Positions 30,264-42,247 are shown, numbered from the stretch's first letter. The stretch: 64,000 nucleotides of DNA from an uncultured Planctomycetota bacterium (GCA_963845755.1 CAWJTV010000013.1:1-64000); one strand, 5' to 3'. Made by a program: numbers and translations. Notes: a model not told the origin generated them from the sequence alone.

Positions 30264-32497
30264 CGAGAAGCTCGACCTTTTACTGGACCGTTTCGCAATC
30301 CACCAGGATCGGTACTCGATCGGCCCGTTTTTCTGGGCGGCGTGACGCTCTTCAAGCAGCAGGTCCGCGCCGAACCTGATCTACGCCTTGTCTAGGACGC
30401 GACGTATCCACTATGGTCTGGGGAAACCCGGGGATCGTGGCCCAGATCCCAAGGTCATCGGGATCATCGGCGGTGGGGTCGCCGGGATGACGGCGGCCGC
30501 CGCGGCGGCCGCGCTGGGCAACGAGGTCTGGCACTTTGAGCAGCGGACCGACCTTTGCCACCTCCAGGCCGGCTGTGAGACCCGGTGGGTCCACCCGCAC
30601 AATTACGACTGGCCGAACCCCGGCTCCGACAACCCTTACGCTGGACTGCTCCTGATGAACTGGCAGGCAGGCACTGCCGCCGAGGTGGCGAGGGTCCTGA
30701 CCCGCCAGTATCTGGAGAAGCAAGATGAGCTCGGGGGCAAGCTTCGCCTCCACCTCGGGGCGACGACATTTCTCGATCAAAAGACAATCAAGTGGGACAA
30801 CTGCGTCGCCAGGCGCGTTGCCAGGGCGGGCTCGGCGTCTTGCGACCTGGTGATCCTCGCGATGGGCTTCGGCATCGAACACTTCGTCCGCCGGGGCGAG
30901 GTCGCCTCCTACTGGCGAAATGACGCCTTGAATCAGCTCCGGCCCGGCGTGACCTCGGAGCGGCGCGAGGTCATCTTCGTCTCCGGCACCGGGGACGGCG
31001 GGCTCGTCTACATGCTCCGATCCAAGATCTTCGGCTTCAACCAGGCGTGGATCATCGACGACCTGTTCACCGAGCGCGAGGAGGGGCTACTGAAGCTCCT
31101 GCAAGATCTCTCGCAATCGAGGCGTAAGAGCCTCTTCGTTGAACTGTCGAATTGCCTCAAGGCCCGGACTAGCGAAGAGGCCCGATCCTTGCGAAGGGTC
31201 CTCAAACGCCTCCGCAAGATGATCCGCAAGGACGTCTCCGTCATCCTGAACGGCCGGGGCCAAACCTTTGCCGACGCCCTCCACCCGAGAGGGGCGGCCG
31301 TGCTCAATTGCTTCTTGGCGTTCCTGCTGCACATCGACGGGGAGTTCACCTACGTCCAGGGAGATCTGGGAGACTTCGACAGGAGCAGGGTCAGCCTGAT
31401 GAGCCCAGCGCAGGCCGGCGAACGAGGCGGCCCCGGGCCGACCCGGGTGAGCGGCGGCGAGGCGATCGAGACCAGGTACTCGGTCGACCGCGTTATCGTC
31501 CGCCACGGCACCGAGCGGGAGGAGGGCTTCGAAGCTCCTCGGCCTCGAGCGGGATGCCATCGCCCCGCTGAGGCAGCGACAGCAAGGTTGCGGCCTGGAC
31601 GAGAGCCCTGTCCCCCAGTGGACGGCGGGATGGTGGAGCCAGCAGCCGAGTGATGATCAGCAGATGGCCCATGGTGTCAAAGAATTCCTGCCGCCGGCCT
31701 CGGAGGCACTCTCCGCGACGTTCGTCCAGACGCTCGGCGAGATGGTCTTCCAGGGGAGCGGCGGGACGGCGTCCGACGCCGAGTTCCGGCTGACCGTCCA
31801 TCGGGCGGTCAAGATCCTTGGCAACTGCTACTTCCAGCAGATGGCCCCGTACGCGGCGCGGGGCGAGCGAGAGCGTGGTAAAGAGGCAGGACAGTCCGGC
31901 CGTATCTACGGACTCGAGGTCGGTATAGTCGGGCTGGTGTTCCGCACGGGCCTGCCGGTCGTGCTCATCAAAAGGTCCTCCGCCGAGTCGGGGGAGGACG
32001 CACAGACGTGGGACACGCTCTGGGCCGACCTCAAGACCGACTCCACGAAGTTCGTGCGAACAAAGCCCCAGGACGTCGAGACGCTCGCCGCGATCCCCAT
32101 CTTCGCCCGGTCGGAGGGCGCCGACGCGACCTCTCGATCTGTCAGCCTCGTGGTCTTCGCCGACTCCAAAGATCCCCAGCTGTTCGTCCCCAAGCAAGGG
32201 CAGCAGAGGTCACCGGCCCTGACGGAAATCTTCCGCGCCGCGAAGGGCTTCGTCAGGAGTTGTGAATATCTGGTCCAAAGGAACGTCGTTCGGCTGCCGG
32301 GGAGTCCCTTCCTCGGGGTAGAGGCTACGGACCTCAAGACGGCACGTCGGACGCTCAAGAAATTCGGTCCGCAGGCTCGCGACGCCACCAGGTGGATCGA
32401 GGGCTATGGCGACGGGGTTTTTTCTCGATACTGCTTGCACTGGGATTGCATCTACGTTTCGACCAGTTCCTCCGCGGGGCGGACGTCCCGGGAGTAA
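30256..32497 (+). CDS. FAD/NAD(P)-binding oxidoreductase-like protein with C-terminal GAF-like domain (frameshifts near 30372 and 31530)
   Basis: IGIIGGGVAGMTAA...HFE, RWVHPHNYDWP, VILAMGFG, VSGTGDGGL, IVRHG; C-terminal FRLTVHR, GIVGLVFRTG, LAAIPI, VVFADS. Confidence 0.75.
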
Positions 32498-32506
32498 CCG
32501 GCGCCG

Positions 32507-33135
32507 CTACGGCCGCAGGTCGTCCAGCGTCGCCATCATGATGTTCGACCGACGGCCTGGCCCTCCAGTCCCAGGATTCCGGGACCCCGAGCAGCTCCGC
32601 TGTCCTCCTCGCAGGGCCTGCGACGGGATGGGGTCGTCCGAGTAGGCCACCCAGTATCGCCCCTCGGCGTCGCCGACGAGGAGGTACTCGCGGTCGGCCT
32701 CGACGAACGGGGACGGGGCGGGCCGCCAGTCGTAGCCGTTGACCAACAGGGCCTCCGGTCCTGCCGGCGCCGGCAGGAGGTGCCAGTGGGCGTGGGTGAC
32801 CGAGCAGGGGCGACCGTCGCTCCCCTCGGCTCGCCCCGTGCTCGAACAGCAGCACCGCCCGGCCGTACGCCAGGACGAGCCGGTCACGGAGCGTCGCGAG
32901 CAGCCCGGCTGCCGACGCCGAGCCCGACGCGGCCATCGACGAGCGATGCACCCTCGGCACGACGAGACAGTGCCCTCGGGCGAGCGGGCCGGCGCTCACG
33001 ACGGCCGCGAATTCATCGTCACTTGCGACGAAGCGATCGCCCCGGGACGCTCCCGTAAGACGGGGCCAGAGTCGCCAGGCCTCGGGGGCCTCCCGCCAAC
33101 TCGTCGCAGATCTCGCAAATCTCGGCCGTGGCCAT
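32507..33135 (-). CDS. HIT-family (CwfJ-like) nucleotide hydrolase (frameshifts)
   Basis: CEIC, GPLARGHCLVVPRVH, LFEHG, CSVTHAHWHLLP, PSQALRR, WDWR. Confidence 0.85.
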
Positions 33136-33225
33136 GTCCGATCGCTCCGGAATCGCTGGGCGAGGGATTAAGGGTCAAGGGAGGTCACCCGGCGAAGGCC
33201 GACCGCGCGGCGACGTAGACGTTCA

Positions 33226-33961
33226 CTAGCGGCAGCGAGCGGGGGTCAACCTCCAGGTGCTCGGCCGCAATCGCCACGTGGTGTGAGGGCGAGGAGCCGG
33301 GTGCCGCTTCGAGCGAGAACGACCGCGCGTACACTCCACCTCAAATCCCGAACCGGCTATCATCCGGGCCTGCTCCCCGACCTCCCGTGTGATCGACGGG
33401 GCGGTCACCGGCTTTCGGCGGTCGATGAGGAAGGTCGTCTCGCCCACGGGCGTCCCGAGCCGCCGGCGAAGCGCCCTCGGCCCACCGGTGGTTGGGGAGC
33501 GTGAAGACCAGAATGCCGCCGGGGGCGAGGATCAGGGCCGCCCGGCGGAAGAATTCCGGATGATTGTACGCGTCGCCCAGGAACCCGAAGATGCCGGACA
33601 CCGAGCCGTCCCGGAAATGGGGGTGGAACGCGTCCATCTCTTCGCAGTCCGCACTCCGGCTAGGGCCCCCCGCCTGGCCAACTCGAGCATCGCCCCGCTG
33701 ATGTCAGTCAGGACCGTCTCGGCCGAGGGCCGGTATCCGCCCCAGCCGGCCGGCCCCACAGCCGACCTCGACGAGGAGGCCCCTCGCGGGGGCCTGGCGG
33801 CCGAAGAGGTCGCCGAGGCGGTCATGGATCTCGGCGAAGTTGGCACAGGTCGGGTGCCGCTCCGGGTCGTAATACTCTGGCGCGACCTCGCAGTAGGCCT
33901 TGAGGCTCCGCCGGGCGAGGGAGGCCGTGGCTTCTTCGGTGGCAGGGTTCGATATGATCAT
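33226..33961 (-). CDS. class I SAM-dependent methyltransferase (frameshifts)
   Basis: EYYDPERHPTCANF, VEVGCGAG, TDISGAML, FLGDAYN, LAPGGILVFTLP. Confidence 0.85.
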
Positions 33962-34288
33962 CGCGCGGGCGTCCCGATCTGCCGGGCGTTTTGAGCGTTG
34001 TGCCGATCAGCCCCATCCAGTCTAGCAGCCCTCCCCCCCGGCGTCGAGATGGTGGGCTTCCTGCCAGCAATTCCGCAACTCGGGGGGTCTTGAGCAACCG
34101 AGACGGTCCCCCGGGCTCAGTTTCGTAGGTTTTCCGGTTTTCCGGCTTGCAGAGGATGGGAGGGAAGCACTTTCTCGACGTGCTGGGCGCGGACTTGGGG
34201 TCGGGGACAGAGTCTCCTCGGGACCGCCGCCACGGGCATCGTGGCGGGGTCAGGTCGCGGGGCATGCCGGTCCGATCTTCAGCGTATC

Positions 34289-35527
34289 TCAGGGAGCCCG
34301 GACCAACCGACCCGACCAGGGCGCTCGGCAGCCCACCAAGCCTCGATCCAAGGCCCGCGCCAACGCGATCAGCGTCAAGGTCGCGCGCAGCGCCGGCTTG
34401 AGGTTCCTCAGCCAGAAGCTTTGCATCAAGGCATACACCACGAACGACGTCAGCAGGAAATTGACGATCGCCTGAGCCGCGTGCTTGAAGCAGTGGTTCA
34501 AACCCCAATGCGTTGCCAGCGTGTTGAAGCAATCGTTCTCGATGTCCCAGCGGGCATGGCCAAACCGCCACAGCCCGCGCGTCGAGAGCTGGGACTTCGT
34601 CAGCGTCGTCGCCCACGACCAAGTCGTCGTCTCGTCCGTCTCCTGCCACTGGCCGGCGATCCGCTCTCGCTTCCGCACGGTCTCCTCGGTGCGCAAGAAC
34701 CGCAGCGGTTGCTTGACGCCTTCGCACGAGGTGAACCCGTCCTCGTCCCAAAACTGCACGGTGCGCCTCGCTTTCTCATCGACCCAACCACCGGGCTGCT
34801 GATGGGCAAACAACCCCGCCGCGTCCTGCACCAGCAGTCGATTCTCTCCCTTGGCCGTGACGATGACATGCTTCTGATGATCCCGGCAGAAGTTGATGAA
34901 CGGCGCGTCGAAGTACAAGGCGTCGCCGGCCACCACATCGAAGAAGCGAGGATATTGGGTGAACACCCGTTCGAGGAGTCGCTTGGCGGCGGTCTCTTCC
35001 CCCTCGCCGGGCCGGAGCAATTCGACATCCAAGACCAGCGCCAGATCTTGACCGATCAGATGGCAGACCGCCCCCTGATGATAGTATTCCGTCACCTTTT
35101 CCCCATCGACGGTGAGGGTCCGGGTCTGGCAGTCCGGGCAACACCGCTTCCGGCTCGAGAAGAACTCATGGCCGTCCACCGCCGCGACGTACCAGCCCTC
35201 GTGGCTGGTCAACGCCTTGTTCCGCTTGAGTCGGTGGGCGATGTCGCCGACCATGTCCCGCAGGGGTTGGCTGTCCATCAGCGCATAGATGCGGCCGAGG
35301 GAGTCAACGCTGGGGACCTTCGCCCCCACGATGCCGCGCAGCCGGGCGGGGATGCGCAGGTCCGGCTCGAGGTCATTGAGACTGCGGCGGCGGGTGGCGA
35401 AGAGCGTAAAGGCACTGGCGAAGGCCGCGGCGGTGGGGATGCGAGGCCGGAGCCGAGAGTCGGTCAGGGTGAAGAATCGCTCTCCCAACCCGAAGACCTT
35501 CTCGACATAGGCACAGAATCGTGCCAT
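34289..35527 (-). CDS. DDE transposase (IS4-like)
   Basis: LTDSR, AVDGHE, GEETAAKRL, VAGDALY, RWDIEN.CFN. Confidence 0.9.
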   Translation of the reverse strand: MARFCAYVEKVFGLGERFFTLTDSRLRPRIPTAAAFASAFTLFATRRRSLNDLEPDLRIPARLRGIVGAKVPSVDSLGRIYALMDSQPLRDMVGDIAHRLKRNKALTSHEGWYVAAVDGHEFFSSRKRCCPDCQTRTLTVDGEKVTEYYHQGAVCHLIGQDLALVLDVELLRPGEGEETAAKRLLERVFTQYPRFFDVVAGDALYFDAPFINFCRDHQKHVIVTAKGENRLLVQDAAGLFAHQQPGGWVDEKARRTVQFWDEDGFTSCEGVKQPLRFLRTEETVRKRERIAGQWQETDETTTWSWATTLTKSQLSTRGLWRFGHARWDIENDCFNTLATHWGLNHCFKHAAQAIVNFLLTSFVVYALMQSFWLRNLKPALRATLTLIALARALDRGLVGCRAPWSGRLVRAP

Positions 35528-35901
35528 CACGGTGAAGCGGCCTCCGCTCCCGAGGGCCCCTGGCGTCGCGCCAGGGACTGTTTCTGCTGCACGAGGTCCT
35601 GGAGGTTGTGCTGGGAGATCTCCTCGAGCAGTCGTTTGACCCGGCGCCCGGCCTGGACCGCTTGGCGGACCGGGTCGTGGAGGGCCTTGGGGATATAGGT
35701 GCCGATCTGCTTGCCCTCCGAGCGGGTGTAGAGATAGAGAGCCGGATGCTTTTGGCCACGCTGGCACCGGCAATACGGCTTACCACAAGAGCGATACCGA
35801 AGCACGAGCGAGCCGCGGAGAAACGGTTCGTTGGCGAGGATTTGAGCGGCGCGGGAGCGTGCCTGGCGTTCCGGGCTGGAACGTTGAGTCCGTGAAGTCA
35901 T
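35527..35901 (-). CDS. DUF6788 family IS accessory protein
   Basis: RGSL...CGKPYCRCQRGQKHP..YL motif. Confidence 0.85.
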   Translation of the reverse strand: MTSRTQRSSPERQARSRAAQILANEPFLRGSLVLRYRSCGKPYCRCQRGQKHPALYLYTRSEGKQIGTYIPKALHDPVRQAVQAGRRVKRLLEEISQHNLQDLVQQKQSLARRQGPSGAEAASP

Positions 35902-36357
35902 CGAGGTCTCCTGTTCTGGGCGAGGAATTATACGCCAGTACAGGTGGCCCAGGTCAAGGGCGCCAGCGAGTGCGAATTTGCTCGGCCGCGCCCGGAGAGC
36001 GATAACCGGAAGACGGATCGGAAGTTATCCCTCCGCAAAAAACTCAATTGCGGAATCGCTGGCTTCCTGCCTGGTGTCGCCGAGTCGCCGAAATCCCGCT
36101 GCAGGTTGCCTCCGAGTCGAATACTGTTCGCTGTCGTGTGCCGATGACTCGCGATCCTGCGGTGCTGGTGAGAGGAGATGACGACTGCTGGGCCCTGGAC
36201 GGGCTAGGACTGCCCGAGAGTCTGCGTGCTTCGGTCGGATCGACCGAAGCCATCAACTCCGCTCGGGGACACCGAGACGAGGGAACCGACGGGTGGCAGA
36301 AGTCTCTTGGCCGATCACTCCGCCAAGGCCGACCAGAGCCGAATTACAAAAATACGT

Positions 36358-39308
36358 TCATTTCAGCGAATGAAGATATTCGATCAAGTCGGCCGCTTCC
36401 TGGGCGGTCAGGTCGGCCAACTGTCCGTCGGGCATCAACGAGACCCGCGACGGCCGGAGCTCCTCCACATCCTTGGCCGCGAGGATGCTCTCCTGGCCCT
36501 TGCTGTCCCGCAACACCACCCCTTTCTCGTCCCGCTTGACCAGCAGGCCTGTCAGCGAACGGCCGTCGGCCGTCGCGGCGACATAAGTGGCGTACTTCGG
36601 CTCGATCCGGCGCGACGGCTCCAGGAGGCTCTCCAGCAGATCCTCCCGAGAACGGAGCTTCCCGATCGTCGATAGCTCCGGCCCGACCGACGTGCCCCGG
36701 TCGCCGATCCGGTGGCAACTGCCGCACTGGTTCGGCTGCGACCAGAACAGCCTCTCCCCCCGGCGGGGGTCACCGTCGAGGGCGAGGACGGCCCTGGGCC
36801 GCGGGTTCGAGCCAAGTTTCGACCCCTTCCGCCCGTCCGATGGCAGATAGCCCTCGAACAGGTCGCGGATCGGGCCGGTCGGGAGCCGGCCGGCGGCGGC
36901 CAGTCAGCGCGGCTCGCTCGGCGGGGTCCAGCTCGCCGCGGCCGAGCCTCCGCGCCAGCCTCAACGCCGACTTCGGGCGGGCCAACAAAGGGCCGGGCGG
37001 CCCGCTGTCCGGGTCCCGTTCCGATCTCTTCGGACTCCGGTCCATTCCGGCGATCCATCGACCGATGATGTCCAGGCCCGTTTCGTCCGGTCGCTCGGAG
37101 CCGAGGTGCGGCATCCGATCGCGGCCGAACTTCGCCATGCGGTAGTAAAGCGTGCTCGCTCCGGGATCGCCCGGCTTGATGATCTCGGCATCCGGCAGCG
37201 CGAAGTCGCCGCGGGCCGGTCGGACGCCAATGGCCTTCAACTCGTCGTTCGCGATCGCGAATCGAAGCTGGAGATCAACCGACCCACCCCCTCCATAGAC
37301 ATGGCAATGCGCGCAGTTGGTATGGAGGTAGGACCGGGCCCGAGCTTCGAGAGGCTGGCTGACATCGGCCGGGTCGGCGAGCCGACGCTCCCGGGCGACC
37401 GAGCGGGCGTCGAACGGCGGGAGCGTGTTCCCATCCTTCTCGGCCCGGCGAATGAGGCCCGCTTCCGTGAGGACGACGAGCTGATTGCGCCCGTCGGGCC
37501 CCGAGCGATTCAACTGCTCCGGGCGGAACGCCAGGGCGAACTCCGACCAGGTGCTGTGACACGACATGCACTGGCTGCGGCTGTGGAACGACCAGACGCG
37601 ATTCCGCTCCCCGTCGTGGACCTCCTTCTCGGCGCCATCGGCCGGGACCAGGTCGGCATCGGCCTGGTCGTCGCGCCAGGCATACGTGTAGGCGTACCAG
37701 TCCACGCCATCGTAATGCAGCAGTTGCGTCTCCAGCCGGCGGCCGGCCAGGGAGAGGGACTTCACCAGGACCGCGTCCTTGGGGAACTGCATCCGGAAGC
37801 CATGCCAGTTGACCATGCCGGGGATCCGCCTGGCCTCGGTGTAGAGCGCGGCGGACGACTCACCTGGGAAGGCGACCCAATGCTCGGCCGTCGCGCCGTC
37901 CTGCCATTGGCGGCAGTTGACCGCGAACGGGAGCACACCGCCCATCGGTGTCTGGTTCTTGACGTCGGCGAACAGGCCGGTCTGCGAGAGCCGGGTCGGG
38001 AAGGCGACGTTTCCCGCCTTCGCGTCATTGCGCTCGATGGTGTGGATCGTCCCGCCCTCATGGTCCAGGAAGTAAATCTCCCCGTCCTGGTTGTCGCAAA
38101 AGGCAACGATCCGGACCGATGGCCGCGCGAGCTCGGGCATCTCCGTGGTGCGGTCGCCGTCGAAGCGGGCGGCCCACAGGCGCCGGGTTTCCCAGTCGCC
38201 GAAGACGTAGGCGCCGCGCAGCTCGGGGAATTTCTTGCCGTGATAGACGAGCCCGCCGGTGACGCTACAGGCGATCGTGTGCGGGAGCTCGATCAGCGGC
38301 GGATGGATCGGCGTTGGCGCGATTTGGTCCGACTTGACGGGCTGCGGCCCTTCCCGCACAGACCAGCCGTAATTGCCGGCCTTCTCGACCCGATAGACCA
38401 TTTCCCACAACTCCCAGCCGACGTCGCCCACGAACAACGTCGCCGGTCTGGCGATCGAAGCTCATTCGCCAGGGATTGCGGAAGCCGTAGGCCCAGACTT
38501 CCGGCCGGGCTCCCTTCATGGCGACGAACGGGTTGTCCTTGGGGACGGCGTAGGACTTCCCCTCGTCCTTGTGGTCCACGTCGATCCGGAGGATGGACGA
38601 GAGCAGGTCGGAGATGTCCTGCCCCGTGTTGAACGGGTCGGGCGGGTTCGGGTTCCCCGCATCGCCGGTGGAGATGTAAAGCATACCGTCGGGGCCGAAG
38701 TGGAGATCCCCGCCGTTGTGACCACCTTGCAGGAAGGAGATGACGACTTCCTCGCTCGACGGGTCGATCCGCGGCGGGTCCGTCCGGGTGACCTGGAACC
38801 GCGACACGCGCGTGCCGTCCGTCAGGTGCGGTTGGCGGGGATTCGAGCCGCGCAGGGTATAGCAGACGAAGCATTGGCGGTTCTGCTCGAAGTCCGGGTG
38901 GAAGGCCAACCCGTACACGGACTCAACCTCCTTCGCCCCCGCGAGCCGGTGAACCGTCTGGAGTTGCCGGGGCAAGTCCAGGAAAAGGTCGGGCCGAGCT
39001 TGGGGGTCGTCGGCGAAGGAATAGAGGACGCCCGACTGCTCGCCGACGATCAGACGCTTCCCTCCGGGATAGCGGGCGATGAGCAGGGGATGGTCGAACT
39101 TCAGATTCGGGAACGCACGAACGACCTTGAAGGGCGGCGGCGGGTCGGGAGTGCCCGCGACGCGGGAGGCCGTCCAGGGCGTCCGGCCCGACCGGGTCGC
39201 CTCGGCCTTCCCGGGCTTCCTTCCCTCGTCCGCGGCCGAGCCTTGCCGGGTCCCGAAGGCCGCCGCGAACAGGATCGCCAGGATCGTCGGGCACAGGCTA
39301 CCTGCCAT
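36358..39308 (-). CDS. PQQ-dependent (glucose/sorbosone) dehydrogenase with c-type cytochrome domains (frameshifts)
   Basis: GHNGGDLHFGPDGMLYISTGD, AYGFRNPWRMSFD, GDVG, CMSCH, CAHCH, C-terminal CGSCH heme motifs. Confidence 0.9.
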
Positions 39309-39665
39309 GGCGAGCGGATGACAGCATGAACTTCACTCCAAGACCGGGACCGAGCGGGCGAGTTGACTCGAGAGGGGCATTATACTCGGTCTCTTTCCCA
39401 AACGCTCGGAATTTACCCATGTTGAACGTCTGGTAATGGCACCTATGCTTCTCTCGGTATGGGTACTTTGGCGTAGAAAGAGCCCTCGGTGTCGTCGGAC
39501 CGACGCAGGTTGGGATCGTTTGATTCGTCGGCCATCGACCATCAGAATTGTGGTACCGCTTGACCATAGGACGCATGTACGACGATGATCTACAGGCAGC
39601 TCTTGAACCGCGGCGAACTAGGAGTTCGCAGCCGTCGATAAACCAGTATGGGCACAATGCGAGCA

Positions 39666-40127
39666 TGAGATTCAACCTGATAGACGTGCTCTTCCTATGG
39701 GCTTGCCTATCGCTCGGTATGGTGGTCGGGGGGTTACTGTCTTCCTATCTATTTGGGTACTTTCGCCCGGTTGCAGGGCTATTGGCGGCGCTGAAGCATG
39801 TACCTTGCCTTAGTTTACCCGGTCTACAGAGGATTGAAGCTCTACCCGATGGTTCTTCCTCGGTGCCCGTGTTGCGGGAGGTTTCAGGACGGATTTCACT
39901 TCCACGACGATGGCTGGCCTCGTGTCTGCTTTCGATGTCCCACGTGCGATGGTGAGTTTGTCGTCTGGCACAACGGCAAGCCCAGCGATCGGGAGAGATG
40001 GGAGAAGCCGGTTCTTGTCCTGAAATGGCCCTATGCATTTGGCATATACAAGCGAGCAAAGAAACCCCAACCAGCCGCTACACCGAGTACGGGCTCCGCT
40101 GACGCACCGCCGGCATCAGCGAGCTAA
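39666..40127 (+). CDS. low-GC hypothetical membrane protein with CxxC pairs (frameshift near 39797)
   Basis: N-terminal TMs; RCPCC and CPTCD; lower GC than flanks. Confidence 0.6.
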
Positions 40128-40821
40128 CGTTCGGCCCACTGGATTTATCAAGGCGTCGGCTTTCTTGTATGTGTCGAATGTGACCGGTTTCTCGGTGTCA
40201 CGACGGGCTAACGAGTGCGCGTCGGTGTAATCGACCGAAGCCACTTCGGATCAATCGGCTTCGGTGGTGTCGGACCGATGTGCGAGAAGCCGTCGTCACG
40301 TCGAGCCCCTCGTTCACCAGAATAGCGATGGGCGGTCCTTGGCGGTTCAGATCACCCGTTGCCTCTCCATGCCGGTCCATCTCTTGAGCGATCGATCACC
40401 GTCGGCGAGAAGCCGCCATCCCGGAGGGTCTGGGACTCGTGTCGAGGACCTCAAGGCAGGGCGAATGGCGAGATCTCCGTCGCAGACGTCGGTCCTGAGA
40501 AGTATTGATATTTATTAAAATAAATATGATGGTTCAGAGTTTGGGAAAGCATCGGATGCGAGATTCCGAATTTCAAATCCAATAATCCCAAATTTCTGAT
40601 GCACTGGGATTAACATCAATTCGGAATCTTGAATTTGTGCGGGCGGAGACGGTCAGACCGCTTTCCTTCACTCAGATCCCTTTCCTTCACCATGTCTTTC
40701 GGTAGGCGGTAGGCGATGGGTCGAGCGAGATGCTAGCATAAAGTGAAATCCTTGACGATTCTCGTAGCTCAAACGACGACCCTCATCGTCGGGAGTCGCT
40801 CGGGACCTGGGGAGAAGAGAG

Positions 40822-41265
40822 ATGGCCATAGCACGAACGGCCGATAGTGGGTTTGATGCCGCCGTCGTGGACAGTGAGAACCAGGTCGTCGCCCTCGTCG
40901 AGGTGAAGATGCACCCCGTAGAGAGATGGGCGACCATCCTTCCCAGGCAACTGGCGAAAGTGGCGGATCGCGTCGCTTTTGTCATGACGATCGATCCGAA
41001 ACGGATTCAGTTATACAGCACAGGGGAAGAGAGCCTCGAGGAGCCGATTGTCCAACTCGACACCGGCCAGGTCCTCCAGCATTACGACCCGGACTTCCCC
41101 GGAAAGCGCGTGTTTGAGTCCTACCTGCTGACGCTCGTCGAGGCCTGGCTCCGTGACCTGGCGTACCACTGGAAGTCCGAGAAACCGCCGGGCTCCGAGG
41201 AACTAGCAAGGGCAGGCCTGCTCGAAAAGCTCGAAGGCGGCACAACGCTGCGTTTCGGAGCCTGA
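40822..41265 (+). CDS. hypothetical protein with PD-(D/E)XK-like motif
   Basis: FDAAVVDSENQVVALVEVK; YLLTLVEAWLRDLAYHWK. Confidence 0.7.
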   Translation: MAIARTADSGFDAAVVDSENQVVALVEVKMHPVERWATILPRQLAKVADRVAFVMTIDPKRIQLYSTGEESLEEPIVQLDTGQVLQHYDPDFPGKRVFESYLLTLVEAWLRDLAYHWKSEKPPGSEELARAGLLEKLEGGTTLRFGA

Positions 41266-41266
41266 C

Positions 41267-41876
41267 GTGGACGTCATCGTATACGTCGAGACCAACTTTC
41301 TGATGAGTGTCGCCATGGGACGTGAAGGGAGGGGGGACGACCTCTTCGCCGCCGCCTCTGCGTCCGTGCGCGTCGTGATCCCGGCCGGCTCCTATATGGA
41401 GTCGTTCTCGGCTTTTGAAGACGAGCAGAAACGCCGAAGCTGGTTCCGGGCCGAACTCGAAAAGCAGATCGTGCAATTACGGCGAGACACGACCTCTGCG
41501 AACGCAGCCACCTTACTCCGGCGGCTCGAGGAAAGCCGAATTGCCAACGATGAGTTATTGAATGATGTGCAAGCTCGGCTGTTTCGGTTCGTAGACCGGG
41601 CCGCGGGTATTCTGGAACCCATCCCCCAAACGCCCGCCATCATCCAGCAGCGCGGTGACCGCGATGCTCATCCCTGATCCTACCGATAACCTGATCCTCC
41701 ACGCGATCCTCGACCACGCTGGCTGCTTCCCTGGCGCGACGAAAGCGTTACTGACTGACAACACCAGAGATTTTGACACCGACGACGTCCAGGCTGCTCT
41801 TGCCGCTACTGGCATCAACAGACCCTTTCGATCCGTCACGAACGTTCTGGGTTGGCTGGGATCACTTCCTCATTGA
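41267..41876 (+). CDS. PIN-domain protein (frameshift near 41650)
   Basis: VYVETNFLM, SYMES, PTDNLILHAI, LTDNTRDF. Confidence 0.8.
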
Positions 41877-42247
41877 TGTCTCCCACGGTCAGCCACCGCG
41901 ACAAGGGCAACGCTGACTCTGTCCTGACCCTCTCGAAGTTCTCGGTCCCCCGAGTGGAACGGTTTTCGTTGGCCATGGGCTTCGGTTGCGGACGCCAGCG
42001 GCCGTCACTCCTTTCGTTCCGGTTTCGAGGCCGGCTGCGCTTCGCGGCCAGCGGGCCTGGCGTTCGCGTTGTTCTTGCGGCGGGCCTCCAGTAGTTCAGG
42101 CTCCCACTGGAACCTCGGGCCCTTGCCGGGTTCATAGCCCGCAAGTTGACCGTCGGTGAGGTCCGTTCGCTTGTCAGGCCACAGGCACTCCCGCACGCGG
42201 AGTGCGCGGTCACGGAGGGGCCGGCCAGTCCGGGTACCGGCGACCTC

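Larger units (their letters stand above)
34065..36061. mobile_element. two-ORF IS (DUF6788 + DDE transposase), about 2.0 kb, 9-bp TSD
   Basis: TIR CAGC(A/G)ATTCCGCAA at 34065 and reverse complement ending 36061; direct repeat GCTTCCTGC at 34056-34064 and 36062-36070. Confidence 0.9.
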
